Position numbers and translations under genes: made by a program. From positions 1 through 44,788 of IMG/VR virus record IMGVR_UViG_3300015063_000038: a stretch of 44,788 nucleotides of DNA. The stretch is one strand, 5' to 3'. Source of the stretch: a virus (taxonomy: Duplodnaviria > Caudoviricetes). This document shows positions 36,358 through 44,788 of this stretch, piece by piece; within the stretch, counting starts at the first letter, position 1, and the number at the start of each line of letters is the position of its first letter. The notes under the pieces are model-generated. The model was not told where the DNA came from. It saw nothing but the letters and a program-made list of their open reading frames with translations, and made no database searches.

Positions 36358-36591
36358 ATGACAACTGAAGAAATGAAACAGACAATGATAGCGCGAATTG
36401 AAAATAATTTCGTGTATCATGCACCAAAGAATGATCAACTAGCACGATATCAACTTATTCGAGATACAGCAAAGACGTTTGCGCTCCTGCTGATTGATAA
36501 CACACCAGCCTCACGAGAGCAATCATTGGCATTGACTCAGATTGAAGATGCTGTGATGTGGGGTAATGCTTCTATAGCGAGAAATGAATAA
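36358..36591 (+). CDS. Acb2/Tad1-like helical hairpin protein (candidate immune-signal sponge)
   Basis: NNFVYHAP..Q..RY..IR...SREQSLALTQIEDAVMWGNASIAR. Confidence 0.7.
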   Translation: MTTEEMKQTMIARIENNFVYHAPKNDQLARYQLIRDTAKTFALLLIDNTPASREQSLALTQIEDAVMWGNASIARNE

Positions 36592-36825
36592 ATGGCTGAG
36601 GATTGCAAGCATGAAGACTTTGCTGCGAATGTTGCAGTAAGTCGATTGGAGGATATCGGAGGTTTTGCGGCTGATGTCACCATATGGTGTGCGCATTGCA
36701 AACTACCTTTTCGGTTTCTTGGCTTGCCGGGTGGATTGAGTCCCGATAGGGGTACTACCTCAGTGGATCAATTAGAGGCAAGATTGCCAATTGCGCCGAT
36801 GACACGCATAGCGAGAAATGACTAA
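36592..36825 (+). CDS. Hypothetical protein (Cys/His motifs)
   Basis: CKHEDF...CAHCKLPFRFLGLP. Confidence 0.7.
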   Translation: MAEDCKHEDFAANVAVSRLEDIGGFAADVTIWCAHCKLPFRFLGLPGGLSPDRGTTSVDQLEARLPIAPMTRIARND

Positions 36826-36835
36826 GGAATAGCGC

Positions 36836-37471
36836 ATGATAGCCTCACCCGATCTCACTGACAAGCTACTGCAAGCCTATCGCTTCACTGCCAAAGATAA
36901 ACAAGCCCTTGCCAATGCGCTTGCTCAAGGCTACCTGCTAGCAAAAGTGCAATCCTACAACAGAGCGCAATCAAGCGTTGGCTCAATAGTGCTCATTCGT
37001 CATCCCTGGGTCGTAGGACCGTCTGACGTGCGTTCTGCTCAGTCCTGGGCTACTGAACAAGTAGAGGGCATAGCGGCAACGTATGAGACACTGCTGAGGC
37101 ACGCTATAGAGAACTTGCCAGTTGAGCGAGGGATAGGCGATATCATTGGTGGAATAAAGCAAGTTATCTCGAATATTGGCGATTGGATAAGCGGCTTTTT
37201 GCCCTGGAAAACACAACAAATTGCAGATGCAACATGGGCCGAGGGCGATGCTGATGGTACTGCAGAGTGGATTGACGATGCGAGTGATCCTGATGGGATT
37301 GATGGAAGTACGAGTAGTGTCATGGTTCGGATAGAGCCAGCCAGCAGTAGTTCCGATTTTTGCAGATTGTACGCAGGTGAGGAGTACAGTCTAGCGGATT
37401 TTAAAGGTTTGGCCGTACAATTTCCCGCCCACGTGGGCTGTATCCATTCTGCTGTAATTATTTCTCGCTAA
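36836..37471 (+). CDS. Putative minor head/morphogenesis (MuF-like) protein
   Basis: C-terminal DFC...FPAHVGCIH motif; location between portal and protease. Confidence 0.6.
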   Translation: MIASPDLTDKLLQAYRFTAKDKQALANALAQGYLLAKVQSYNRAQSSVGSIVLIRHPWVVGPSDVRSAQSWATEQVEGIAATYETLLRHAIENLPVERGIGDIIGGIKQVISNIGDWISGFLPWKTQQIADATWAEGDADGTAEWIDDASDPDGIDGSTSSVMVRIEPASSSSDFCRLYAGEEYSLADFKGLAVQFPAHVGCIHSAVIISR

Positions 37472-37487
37472 TGTGTGGAGGTATATT

Positions 37488-38159
37488 GTGAAAATTTACA
37501 TGGACTCAGAATTTGTCGATGATGGAAAGACTATTGACCTCATCTCTATAGGCTTGGTAAGTGAGGATGGTAGAGAGATTTACCTTCAGTCTGTTGAGTT
37601 CGATCCATCAAAAGCATCTCAATGGGTAAAGGATAATGTACTTTCTCATTTGCCCTTGTGTCCCCATGCAAACGTAACAACAGACTCACGACAGCCTTAT
37701 GTACAGGATATTCATTATCATAATCGTCGTGGGCAATGCACGTTTGAGCGCCCCGCTAAGGGCATCACTGGACTAAGTGGAGTGAAGATGTCAGGAGGTT
37801 TTCTCATTGGTGCTCATGCTGATTGCTTCTGGCGTACTCGTGAACAAATGCGAAGCGAGATTATAGCATTCTGTGATCCTGAGAAGTACGGAAAGCCTGA
37901 GTTCATAGGCTGGTGCTGTTCTTATGACCACGTTGCATTCTGTCAACTCTTCGGAACGATGATAATGCTTCCCGTTGGTTATCCTCACTACTTCAAAGAC
38001 TTGCAAAACGCATTGGACGAGCGTGGTATCCCTGATAGCAGTTTACCAGAGCAAGAGGGTACTGCCCACAATGCGCTTAGTGATGCAAAGTACATCAAAC
38101 TTGTATGGGAAGCGGTGGTTAATCCTTTGTATCGTAGTGAATGGTCGCTTAAGGAGTGA
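37488..38159 (+). CDS. DEDDh 3'-5' exonuclease (Rv2179c/DUF5051-like)
   Basis: YMDSEF, LISIGLV, WVKDNVL, YDHV, HNALSDA. Confidence 0.9.
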   Translation: MKIYMDSEFVDDGKTIDLISIGLVSEDGREIYLQSVEFDPSKASQWVKDNVLSHLPLCPHANVTTDSRQPYVQDIHYHNRRGQCTFERPAKGITGLSGVKMSGGFLIGAHADCFWRTREQMRSEIIAFCDPEKYGKPEFIGWCCSYDHVAFCQLFGTMIMLPVGYPHYFKDLQNALDERGIPDSSLPEQEGTAHNALSDAKYIKLVWEAVVNPLYRSEWSLKE

Positions 38160-38162
38160 TTT

Positions 38163-38381
38163 ATGGGATACCAGCCACTTAGTCGCAATCTGGACACTAT
38201 TCTCGGCAAAGAGCGGGGCATGATCTTTAGCGAATTAGCGGCTACAATCTGGCAAGTCTCGCAGGCTGGACGGTGTAACATGATCGATTTCATGCCAATT
38301 CCTGAACAGGTTGACACGCTTAATGTAACCAATGAGCAAGGGATGGAGTTCCCGTTAATTTATGAGGAGGAAGCCCAGTGA
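38163..38381 (+). CDS. Hypothetical protein
   Basis: RBS AAGGAG. Confidence 0.6.
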   Translation: MGYQPLSRNLDTILGKERGMIFSELAATIWQVSQAGRCNMIDFMPIPEQVDTLNVTNEQGMEFPLIYEEEAQ

Positions 38382-38587
38382 TGAATCCAGAACAATTAGC
38401 TCAATTATTCCATGAAACGTATGAACGTCTCGCTCCACAATATTCATACACCACACGTCCTGAGAGCGCGAAACCCTGGCAAGATGTACCTAAAGATAAT
38501 AAGCAACTTATGATAGCTGTTGCTGGCGTGGTACTTGCTATCCTGAAGAAGCAATATGACGAAGAATACTATTCCTCACAAACGTAG
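38378..38587 (+). CDS. Hypothetical protein
   Basis: LAQLFHETYERLAP..PWQDVPKDNKQLMIAV. Confidence 0.7.
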   Translation: MMNPEQLAQLFHETYERLAPQYSYTTRPESAKPWQDVPKDNKQLMIAVAGVVLAILKKQYDEEYYSSQT

Positions 38588-38597
38588 AGGAGACATC

Positions 38598-38912
38598 ATG
38601 AATCACGAATTCGGCAATGACATCACAGACTTCGATTATCTCGCTACTCATGTTCCCTTCGGATCTCATGCTCAAGACATGTTCAACCCGCTTCCCAAGC
38701 GGGGGATATTCGAGCTAAATGTCGATAATCGTAAAAAGCGGGGTAGGTCACAACCGGTAAAGCGTGTGGTCTGCGAGGGAACATTATACGGCAATGGGCA
38801 TGTAAACTTGGACACGCAAGAGTTGCCCGTAAGAGACTTTAGAAGTTTTCAGCAAATGGAGAAGTGCCTTGAGTTGTGGGGGCATTATACTTTATTTTGG
38901 CTTGTTGAGTGA
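38598..38912 (+). CDS. Hypothetical protein
   Basis: RBS GAGGAG before ATG at 38598. Confidence 0.65.
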   Translation: MNHEFGNDITDFDYLATHVPFGSHAQDMFNPLPKRGIFELNVDNRKKRGRSQPVKRVVCEGTLYGNGHVNLDTQELPVRDFRSFQQMEKCLELWGHYTLFWLVE

Positions 38913-38918
38913 GGAAGA

Positions 38919-39116
38919 ATGACTACTGAAAAAGAAATAATAACAATTAGTGATAGCCTCTGGCTTGTGCCGATTGACAACTTTTTCATGTTGCGTGACT
39001 CGGTAAAAGGCGAAGCGCTTATAGACATTGAAGAAATAGCACCATTGATTGAAGCGCTTCAGGCTATAGCAAAAGAAGTTAAAGGGAGCAATCATGTCAG
39101 TCAAGAGAAAAGCTAA
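38919..39116 (+). CDS. Hypothetical protein
   Basis: RBS GAGGA. Confidence 0.55.
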   Translation: MTTEKEIITISDSLWLVPIDNFFMLRDSVKGEALIDIEEIAPLIEALQAIAKEVKGSNHVSQEKS

Positions 39117-39224
39117 ACCAGGACGCCAGAACGTCCACAAAGAAAAAACTGTAGCACCAATCACCGAGCACGTGAAACCAGTGGCACCACCACGCAAGAT
39201 ACCTCCAACGAGAAAGGGCAAATA

Positions 39225-39461
39225 ATGAAAGATCTCACTGCACTAGAATCCACTGTTCACTATGCCATAGGAAAAGCCGCAATGTGCTGGCGTACGATGC
39301 CACAGGGAGAGTATGACGACGAACGGGCAAAGCAAATTGCCGAAGAACTGATCCGCGTTATTCGTGAAACGATGATGGATGCTGGACTAGATAAAGCACT
39401 TCACGAAAAGCCAGCAGTGCGAAAGTCTCGCAAAGATATTTCATTAGAGAAGTTGAGATGA
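39225..39461 (+). CDS. Hypothetical protein
   Basis: RBS AAGGG; AIGKAAMCW. Confidence 0.65.
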   Translation: MKDLTALESTVHYAIGKAAMCWRTMPQGEYDDERAKQIAEELIRVIRETMMDAGLDKALHEKPAVRKSRKDISLEKLR

Positions 39462-39476
39462 TAGCATTGATTTCGG

Positions 39477-39707
39477 ATGAGGGAGAACATGCCAGCATTC
39501 CAGCGCAATGACGAAACGGGCAAGATCGACATTTATTGCACCTCGCATATTGCCCCCAACGGCAAGCCCTTCAAACTACCAGTGAGCGTAGATAGTACTG
39601 GCCTGTATGTTTGGTGTCGCCTCTGTCGAGAACTTCATTATGTTGCGTTCTCGCAGATCGATCTTCAATTCCTTCAACCCCCACATAAACATTCCGACGA
39701 ACAATAA
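39477..39707 (+). CDS. Hypothetical protein (Zn-ribbon-like)
   Basis: GLYVWCRLCRELH; start may be 39489. Confidence 0.6.
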   Translation: MRENMPAFQRNDETGKIDIYCTSHIAPNGKPFKLPVSVDSTGLYVWCRLCRELHYVAFSQIDLQFLQPPHKHSDEQ

Positions 39708-39756
39708 CCAATTTTTAGCGAGATCTATAAACTGGCCTATAATGCTGACTTATCGC

Positions 39757-39789
39757 TTGACAAGATAATTAAAGAATGCTATAATAAGG
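39757..39789 (+). promoter_or_regulatory. Promoter cassette, copy 2
   Basis: TTGACA-17-TATAAT with extended TG; shares a 20-nt core with 15894-15913. Confidence 0.85.
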
Positions 39790-39834
39790 AAGTTGAGAGA
39801 TGAATAAATGAGTTGAAGAAAAGGGAAATAAATC

Positions 39835-40215
39835 ATGAATATCACACAAAAACGCCAGATCAAAGCAGTATTTCAGAATGCATTCCCCGGTATCAAATGC
39901 GGTTTCGATAGTCAGACCGTTGTCGAGTCCTTTGTGTATCAGGATGGGACATGCATCGAAAAGGTTCAGGCTCTTCTTGCTCCGTTCAATGTCCAGATCG
40001 TTCGCTATATCAACGCTAATCTCTTGGGTTACACCGCTCAGAGCTATCTTGGTAAATGGGTTAACACTGACAATAGTTTCGCAACTCGCGGTTTCACCAA
40101 AGGTTACATCACCCCTACTCTTTGCACGATTGATGAGGCGAACGCTGCTACCGCTTATGCCCAGTCGCTCGACGCTTCTACGATGGAAGCGATTGTAGAA
40201 GTTGCAACGCACTAA
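39835..40215 (+). CDS. Hypothetical protein
   Basis: RBS AAGGGA, downstream of the promoter. Confidence 0.7.
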   Translation: MNITQKRQIKAVFQNAFPGIKCGFDSQTVVESFVYQDGTCIEKVQALLAPFNVQIVRYINANLLGYTAQSYLGKWVNTDNSFATRGFTKGYITPTLCTIDEANAATAYAQSLDASTMEAIVEVATH

Positions 40216-40238
40216 TCATAATGAGAGAGGGAGGCGTT

Positions 40239-41033
40239 ATGAAAATAGCAGTATTATTTGATGGGGCGGGTTTTGCCCGTTTAGGATTAGAGCAAGTTGG
40301 TCATGAGTGTGTAGGGGTAGAACTAGACCCCGCGAAACATTACCTCTCTCAATACATCGGATCTGGCAATAGCGTTCTAGGTGATGCTACCAAGTTTGAT
40401 CTTTCGCCATTTGATGCTATTTGGCTTTCTCCTCCTTGCCAGTGGCTATCAAGCGCCAGAACTCAAGGCAATCCAACTTCAGGTTATGCGACTAATCTGC
40501 TAGACTGGTCACTGAGCCTTACTGAAAAATATCCAAAGAAGATTATTTGGGTTGAAAATGTGAAACCTCAAGGCAGAATCCCTTCGTGGGCGATCCCTTA
40601 TAATGCCGCTCAATTTTTGCCCAAGCCAACTCAGGGTCGTCAACGTTTGATTGGAGGTCGTCACCCTACGCCGTTTACATACAGGCCATTCCAACGTGCG
40701 TATGAGCGGTTGAACCTCTGTCCTACTATTACGGCTACGGAGTACAAGGGATGCGCAACAGATGAGCGTAGAGCCAGCCGCTTTTATGGACGTAGGCTAA
40801 CACTTCAAGAATGTGCGTATCACCAGGGACTAGAGGCCATTCCTGAAGAGTGGCACAATATGCCGGAGTGGTATACAGCGCCTATAGGTAAGACAGGCAC
40901 ACGTGAGAAGAATTGGAGATACAATCTCTACAAGGGTATAGGGAACGCGGTTCCTGTCTACATGGCTCGTGCGTTTGGGGAAGCGGTAATCTGTCAACCT
41001 AGTTTGAGGCAACTGGAGTTATTCAGCGCTTAA
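40239..41033 (+). CDS. DNA (cytosine-5) methyltransferase, compact
   Basis: LFDGAG, SPPCQ, ENV, Q.R.R, RRLT..E, IGNAVP. Confidence 0.92.
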   Translation: MKIAVLFDGAGFARLGLEQVGHECVGVELDPAKHYLSQYIGSGNSVLGDATKFDLSPFDAIWLSPPCQWLSSARTQGNPTSGYATNLLDWSLSLTEKYPKKIIWVENVKPQGRIPSWAIPYNAAQFLPKPTQGRQRLIGGRHPTPFTYRPFQRAYERLNLCPTITATEYKGCATDERRASRFYGRRLTLQECAYHQGLEAIPEEWHNMPEWYTAPIGKTGTREKNWRYNLYKGIGNAVPVYMARAFGEAVICQPSLRQLELFSA

Positions 41034-41064
41034 TTGACATTCCTGTACAACTTGCAAGCAGTGA

Positions 41065-41132
41065 TGTTATACTAAACACAATTAGAATAAAAAGTGCTAT
41101 AAGGCCGACCTTTACAGGTTTGGCCTTTTTTT
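41065..41132 (+). promoter_or_regulatory. Extended -10 promoter followed by a terminator-like hairpin upstream of the head genes
   Basis: TGTTATACT (41065-41073); AAGGCCGACCT/AGGTTTGGCCTT followed by a T-tract. Confidence 0.55.
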
Positions 41133-41152
41133 GTGCCTTCAAGGGGCTTTCG

Positions 41153-42880
41153 ATGGCAGATGATCCCTCTTCTAACAACGACATAATTATTTCCCTGGAC
41201 GGGACTGAGATTGCACGTTCTCTCACTGTTGGCGAAAGGGACGATATTTCAGACTCAGATTTTGCGTGGCCTGACGCTGAAGGACATCCTAAATTTCCAA
41301 TAGATTCACAGGCTCATCTCGATTCTGCGGCTAAACTACTTGGTCATGCCCCTGAAGAGAAACAAGCACAAATAAAAGCACGCATTAAAACAATCGCTAA
41401 AAGAAAAGGTTTCACCCTCCCTGACTCTTGGACTGAGGATGATGATAGTAAGGAGGAACGCGCTATGAAAGCGCCCGATACCCACGATCCCTTTAGTGGC
41501 ACCCATAGCCACGCACATCCTGCTTTCGGTTCGCAGGGAGACGACGAGGAGCATACACATGAGCATACCCACGACAATAGCTCTGATCATGGTCACTCAC
41601 ACGCTGATGACTCAAAAGAGCGTGTTGATGCTTCTCCGACTATCCAGACAAGCGATAGACCCACGATGTACGCGCCATTTCTCAGGATTGACGCGGCAAA
41701 ACGTGAGGTAGTCGGTCAGGCTACAGCAGAAGTTCCCGACAGTTACGGCACGATCTTTGGTTATTATCCCCCTGCCTGGGAGCAATGGCGCGGCAACATC
41801 CGAGAGCAACACGACCCAAAGAAAGCAGTGGGAACCAAAGTTGATTATTTCCCGAATGAGGCAGAGCGCCTAGTTGACTTGCATTCAAGAGTTAGCCGAG
41901 GTGCTCAGGATACATGGCTCAAGGTTGAAGACAACGTGCTCACTGGTTATTCCTTGAGCGTAATTCCTGATGCTGAGTTCGGAAATGACACAAAACGATG
42001 GCCCAGAAAAACCTACAACGGGAAAGAATATCCCTACTTGCCGAGGTACAGCATTGCCGAAGTTAGCCTTGTTGATAATCCTGCTTGCCCTGGCTGCAAT
42101 ATTCAAATTGTACGTGCTGATGGTTTTGCTACTGACGTGCTTGATCTTGAGGATGAGCCTGTAGTTGCTACTGAAGAGAACAAGCAAGAGCGTGCCGGTG
42201 CTAGGATTGGCGCTGGCACAAAAGAAGCCATGCATAAGTCGATTGGTCACACGTTGCATGCGGCGGCTTCTCAGATGTCCAACTGTGGCTGTCCAACCTG
42301 TGTCGCTGCTGAGAAAGTGCTAGATCCTGACGGTGACGGTGACATTGACCTCGGCGGCTATGACGATCCTGATGGTGACTCTAGTGCTGTCATGGCTGGA
42401 CAACCCCCTGACATGGAGCGTGTCATTGCTGACATGATTGACCGAGCACTTCAGCCAGCTTATGCCAGATTGCAAAGTATCGCTGGCACCCTTTCAAGAA
42501 ATACTTCCTTCCCTTCAAATATAGAGTCCCTTGTTACCTCCTCGATTAATCGTGCCTTTGAAGCGATTGACGCCAAACTAGCGGATCTCCCCTCTAAAAC
42601 GAGCCTTGACGAAGTACGCACCTCTTTGGAGATGGTAAAAGGTCAGGTCGTGAAGATCGCAGAACAGCCGATGCCAGGCGGCCCAGTCCTCAACGCCAAC
42701 GCAGTCGAGAAACGACTCGCAACTGATCCTCCAAGACAAACGGCAGAGCAGCAACAGCAGTCATATGGTGCTGTCTACGAAGCCATACGCAATTTGTCAT
42801 TGCAGGGAGGATTAGACACACCCGAAAAACAAGTTGATGCAATGGCCGCAGGGCTTGCAGCTCAACGCGGCAGAAGATGA
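41153..42880 (+). CDS. Prohead protease/scaffold fusion (HK97-type protease)
   Basis: NIREQH, LTGYSLS, EVSLVDNPACP; N-terminal DFAWP..KFPI..AH..A module; His-rich linker; helical C-terminus. Confidence 0.85.
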   Translation: MADDPSSNNDIIISLDGTEIARSLTVGERDDISDSDFAWPDAEGHPKFPIDSQAHLDSAAKLLGHAPEEKQAQIKARIKTIAKRKGFTLPDSWTEDDDSKEERAMKAPDTHDPFSGTHSHAHPAFGSQGDDEEHTHEHTHDNSSDHGHSHADDSKERVDASPTIQTSDRPTMYAPFLRIDAAKREVVGQATAEVPDSYGTIFGYYPPAWEQWRGNIREQHDPKKAVGTKVDYFPNEAERLVDLHSRVSRGAQDTWLKVEDNVLTGYSLSVIPDAEFGNDTKRWPRKTYNGKEYPYLPRYSIAEVSLVDNPACPGCNIQIVRADGFATDVLDLEDEPVVATEENKQERAGARIGAGTKEAMHKSIGHTLHAAASQMSNCGCPTCVAAEKVLDPDGDGDIDLGGYDDPDGDSSAVMAGQPPDMERVIADMIDRALQPAYARLQSIAGTLSRNTSFPSNIESLVTSSINRAFEAIDAKLADLPSKTSLDEVRTSLEMVKGQVVKIAEQPMPGGPVLNANAVEKRLATDPPRQTAEQQQQSYGAVYEAIRNLSLQGGLDTPEKQVDAMAAGLAAQRGRR

Positions 42881-42888
42881 GATAATTT

Positions 42889-44563
42889 ATGGCTGTTACC
42901 GAATCCATGATTGAAGGACAATTACCCGCTAGTGCTCAGAAGTCCGTTGGTGAGACCAAACAAGCAATAGGTGTCATTGACGAAGGTCTTTTCACTGAGG
43001 GTGATATCCTGGCAAATCAAGCACGCATCATGGCACGTGCCCGTAAGGGTATCGCCTATGAAGACGGTGCTGAGTTCAATGAGAATTACATCAAGGAAAT
43101 GCGACGGCTCAACATGCCGAAGCAGTTCGTTCATCAACGCCTCAATGAAGAGACCATCAATCAAATCCAGCAAGGTTCTCAGTCCCGTGATCAGCAGTAC
43201 ATCGGCACGAATGCGGATTGGACTGGGTACTACCTTGAGCCATTGGCAAAGTTCATTGTGCCATTTGACACCCCTGTCCGAAACATGCTGCCTCGCACGC
43301 CAAGTGTCGGTATTGACATTGAGAACTGGCGTGCCATCACTGACGTTTTCGGCGGATCTGGCCCCTCGGTTGGAGCATTCATTTTGGCGCAACAGACAGC
43401 GCCACAAAAAGCGTCGTACACCTGGGTCAACAAGTCGAATGTGTACAGACAGATCGCGTTTTCCGACGTAGTGACCTTCGAGAGCGAACTGTTCGGGCGC
43501 ATGTTTGAGCCTGATGTGAGGGCAAAGGTTGCCGCAAAATTGGCACCAAGTTTGATGTTGGGCCAAGAGGTCTGGTATCTCAATGGTGCTCAGTCATTGT
43601 GGGCACCGCCTCCAGCCAACTCGGTAACAACTGCAACAACTGGCGGTTCCATGCTGGCGTTGACGTATTGGGTAATTGTTACCGCAATCAACGCACAGGG
43701 TACTACGCTTGCCTTTGGTGGCTCTACTCCAACGGCAATTACTCAGGCCACGACAGGCACGACAAGCACGCTTACCTTTAACATCATGCGTGTACCGAAT
43801 GCCGTGTCCTATGGCGTGTACGTTGGCACTGGTGCAACCCAACCTGCTAACTCTGCCATGTGGCTACAAACTGCCACTACTCAGTTTGGCGGCGCGACAG
43901 CACTGAATGATCCTGGTGGACTCGCAAATGGGTACATGACCGTCACCATGACCGCGCCACCTGCAACGTCTGGCACCGCTTATAGCGCAACTGTCACGGC
44001 TGGCAATACTGCTGTAGCATTTACCAGCGGCGGCGGTGGCACACCTGTCAATCAGCCTCTTGTGTTCGATGGTTTGCAGTCATTGGCGTACTTGAATGCC
44101 GGTACTCTGTCAACCGTTGGCGTAGGTGGTGAGACAGCGGCGGTGAGAACTGTTGCTTCTGCCACAGGTGCTCTTGCTGCAAGTGATCTCAACACGTGGC
44201 TTGAACTGATGTATCTCAACTCTCGCGCCAATCCTGAATGCTTGCTCGTCTCCGTCAAGGATCACAAAGCCTTGAGCAACATTGTCACGACTGCTACCAA
44301 TTATCGCGTTAATGCACCAGCTCAGGGACAAGGACCGAACGATATTATTGGTGGTGGCAGAGCGACAAAATGGATAAATCAGACGACAGGCCGACTCATG
44401 GACATTATCATGGTGCCCTACTTGATGCAAGGGACGATCATTGCACTTTCGCTTACACTTCCATTCCAAGTCGCAGAAATAGATAAACCTCCACTGAGAG
44501 TGAGTACCAATCGAGAGATGTGGGCACTTGAGTACCCACCGGATCAAAGCCACACAACACAGT
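42889..44563 (+). CDS. Major capsid protein, exon 1 (interrupted by a group I intron)
   Basis: Follows the protease; YYLEPLAKFIVPFDTPVRNMLPR, WRAIT, FDGL, N..TG...I...PYL.QGTI; the annotated end DICCSLAA* is intron read-through. Confidence 0.82.
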
Positions 44564-44788
44564 ATGACATTTGCTGCTCTCTAGCCGCGTGATAGCAATA
44601 TCAATGAGCTAGTCTGAAAAACCTGCTGTATCGGTGAAACTCGTGAAGACGACAACGCCGAGGGAAGTTTGGTCTAGGAAGATTATTCTAATGGAGAGTA
44701 ATGCCAAACCCCGTAGAGATCGTACGCAGGGCCGAAAGGTAAGACACGAGCCGAACTGCACGAATAACTAAAACAAGAAGGTGCAGAG
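44564..44788 (+). ncRNA. Group I intron (3' end outside the window)
   Basis: P1 CAGU|A/UGCUG with a U-G wobble; P2 with GCAA loop; P3 CCUGCUGUA/UACGCAGG; P4 UCGGUG/CGCCGA; P6 GUUUGGU/GCCAAAC; R GUAGAGAUCG; P8 with GAAA loop; S AAGACACGAGCC; P9 CUGCAC/GUGCAG. Confidence 0.9.

Noticed and set aside
1-44788. tRNA, rRNA, CRISPR array, integrase/att, reverse transcriptase or DGR
   Set aside because: No recognisable signatures by eye; a tRNAscan/Infernal/HMM run would be needed to exclude them formally

Overview
This window is the early, replication, packaging and head part of a large tailed, probably temperate, dsDNA phage or prophage. No integrase, tail or lysis genes fall inside it. A Ktedonobacteria/Chloroflexota-type host is my impression from gene style and is unverified. 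The order from left to right is: a truncated IS200/IS605 element; an HNH-SF2 helicase with a coupled partner gene; HTH regulators; many small early ORFs; an initiator with iterons and a DnaC-like loader; a Rad52/Sak annealase; a TnpB-only IS; a serine recombinase and HNH; a sigma factor; terminase; a ParB-DNA methylase invaded by a free-standing endonuclease; a 1170-aa portal; accessory genes (vWA, Acb2/Tad1-like, DEDDh exonuclease, C5 methylase); a prohead protease/scaffold; and a major capsid gene interrupted by a group I intron. The least explained signals are (i) a tandem array of three promoter-stem-variable loop-terminator small-RNA units at 8121-8394, with similar solo units elsewhere, (ii) two co-varying DNA palindromes inside the helicase partner gene, (iii) two hairpin-dense non-coding tracts and (iv) a basic cargo-like domain embedded in the portal. 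All family calls come from motif recognition by eye; no searches were run.
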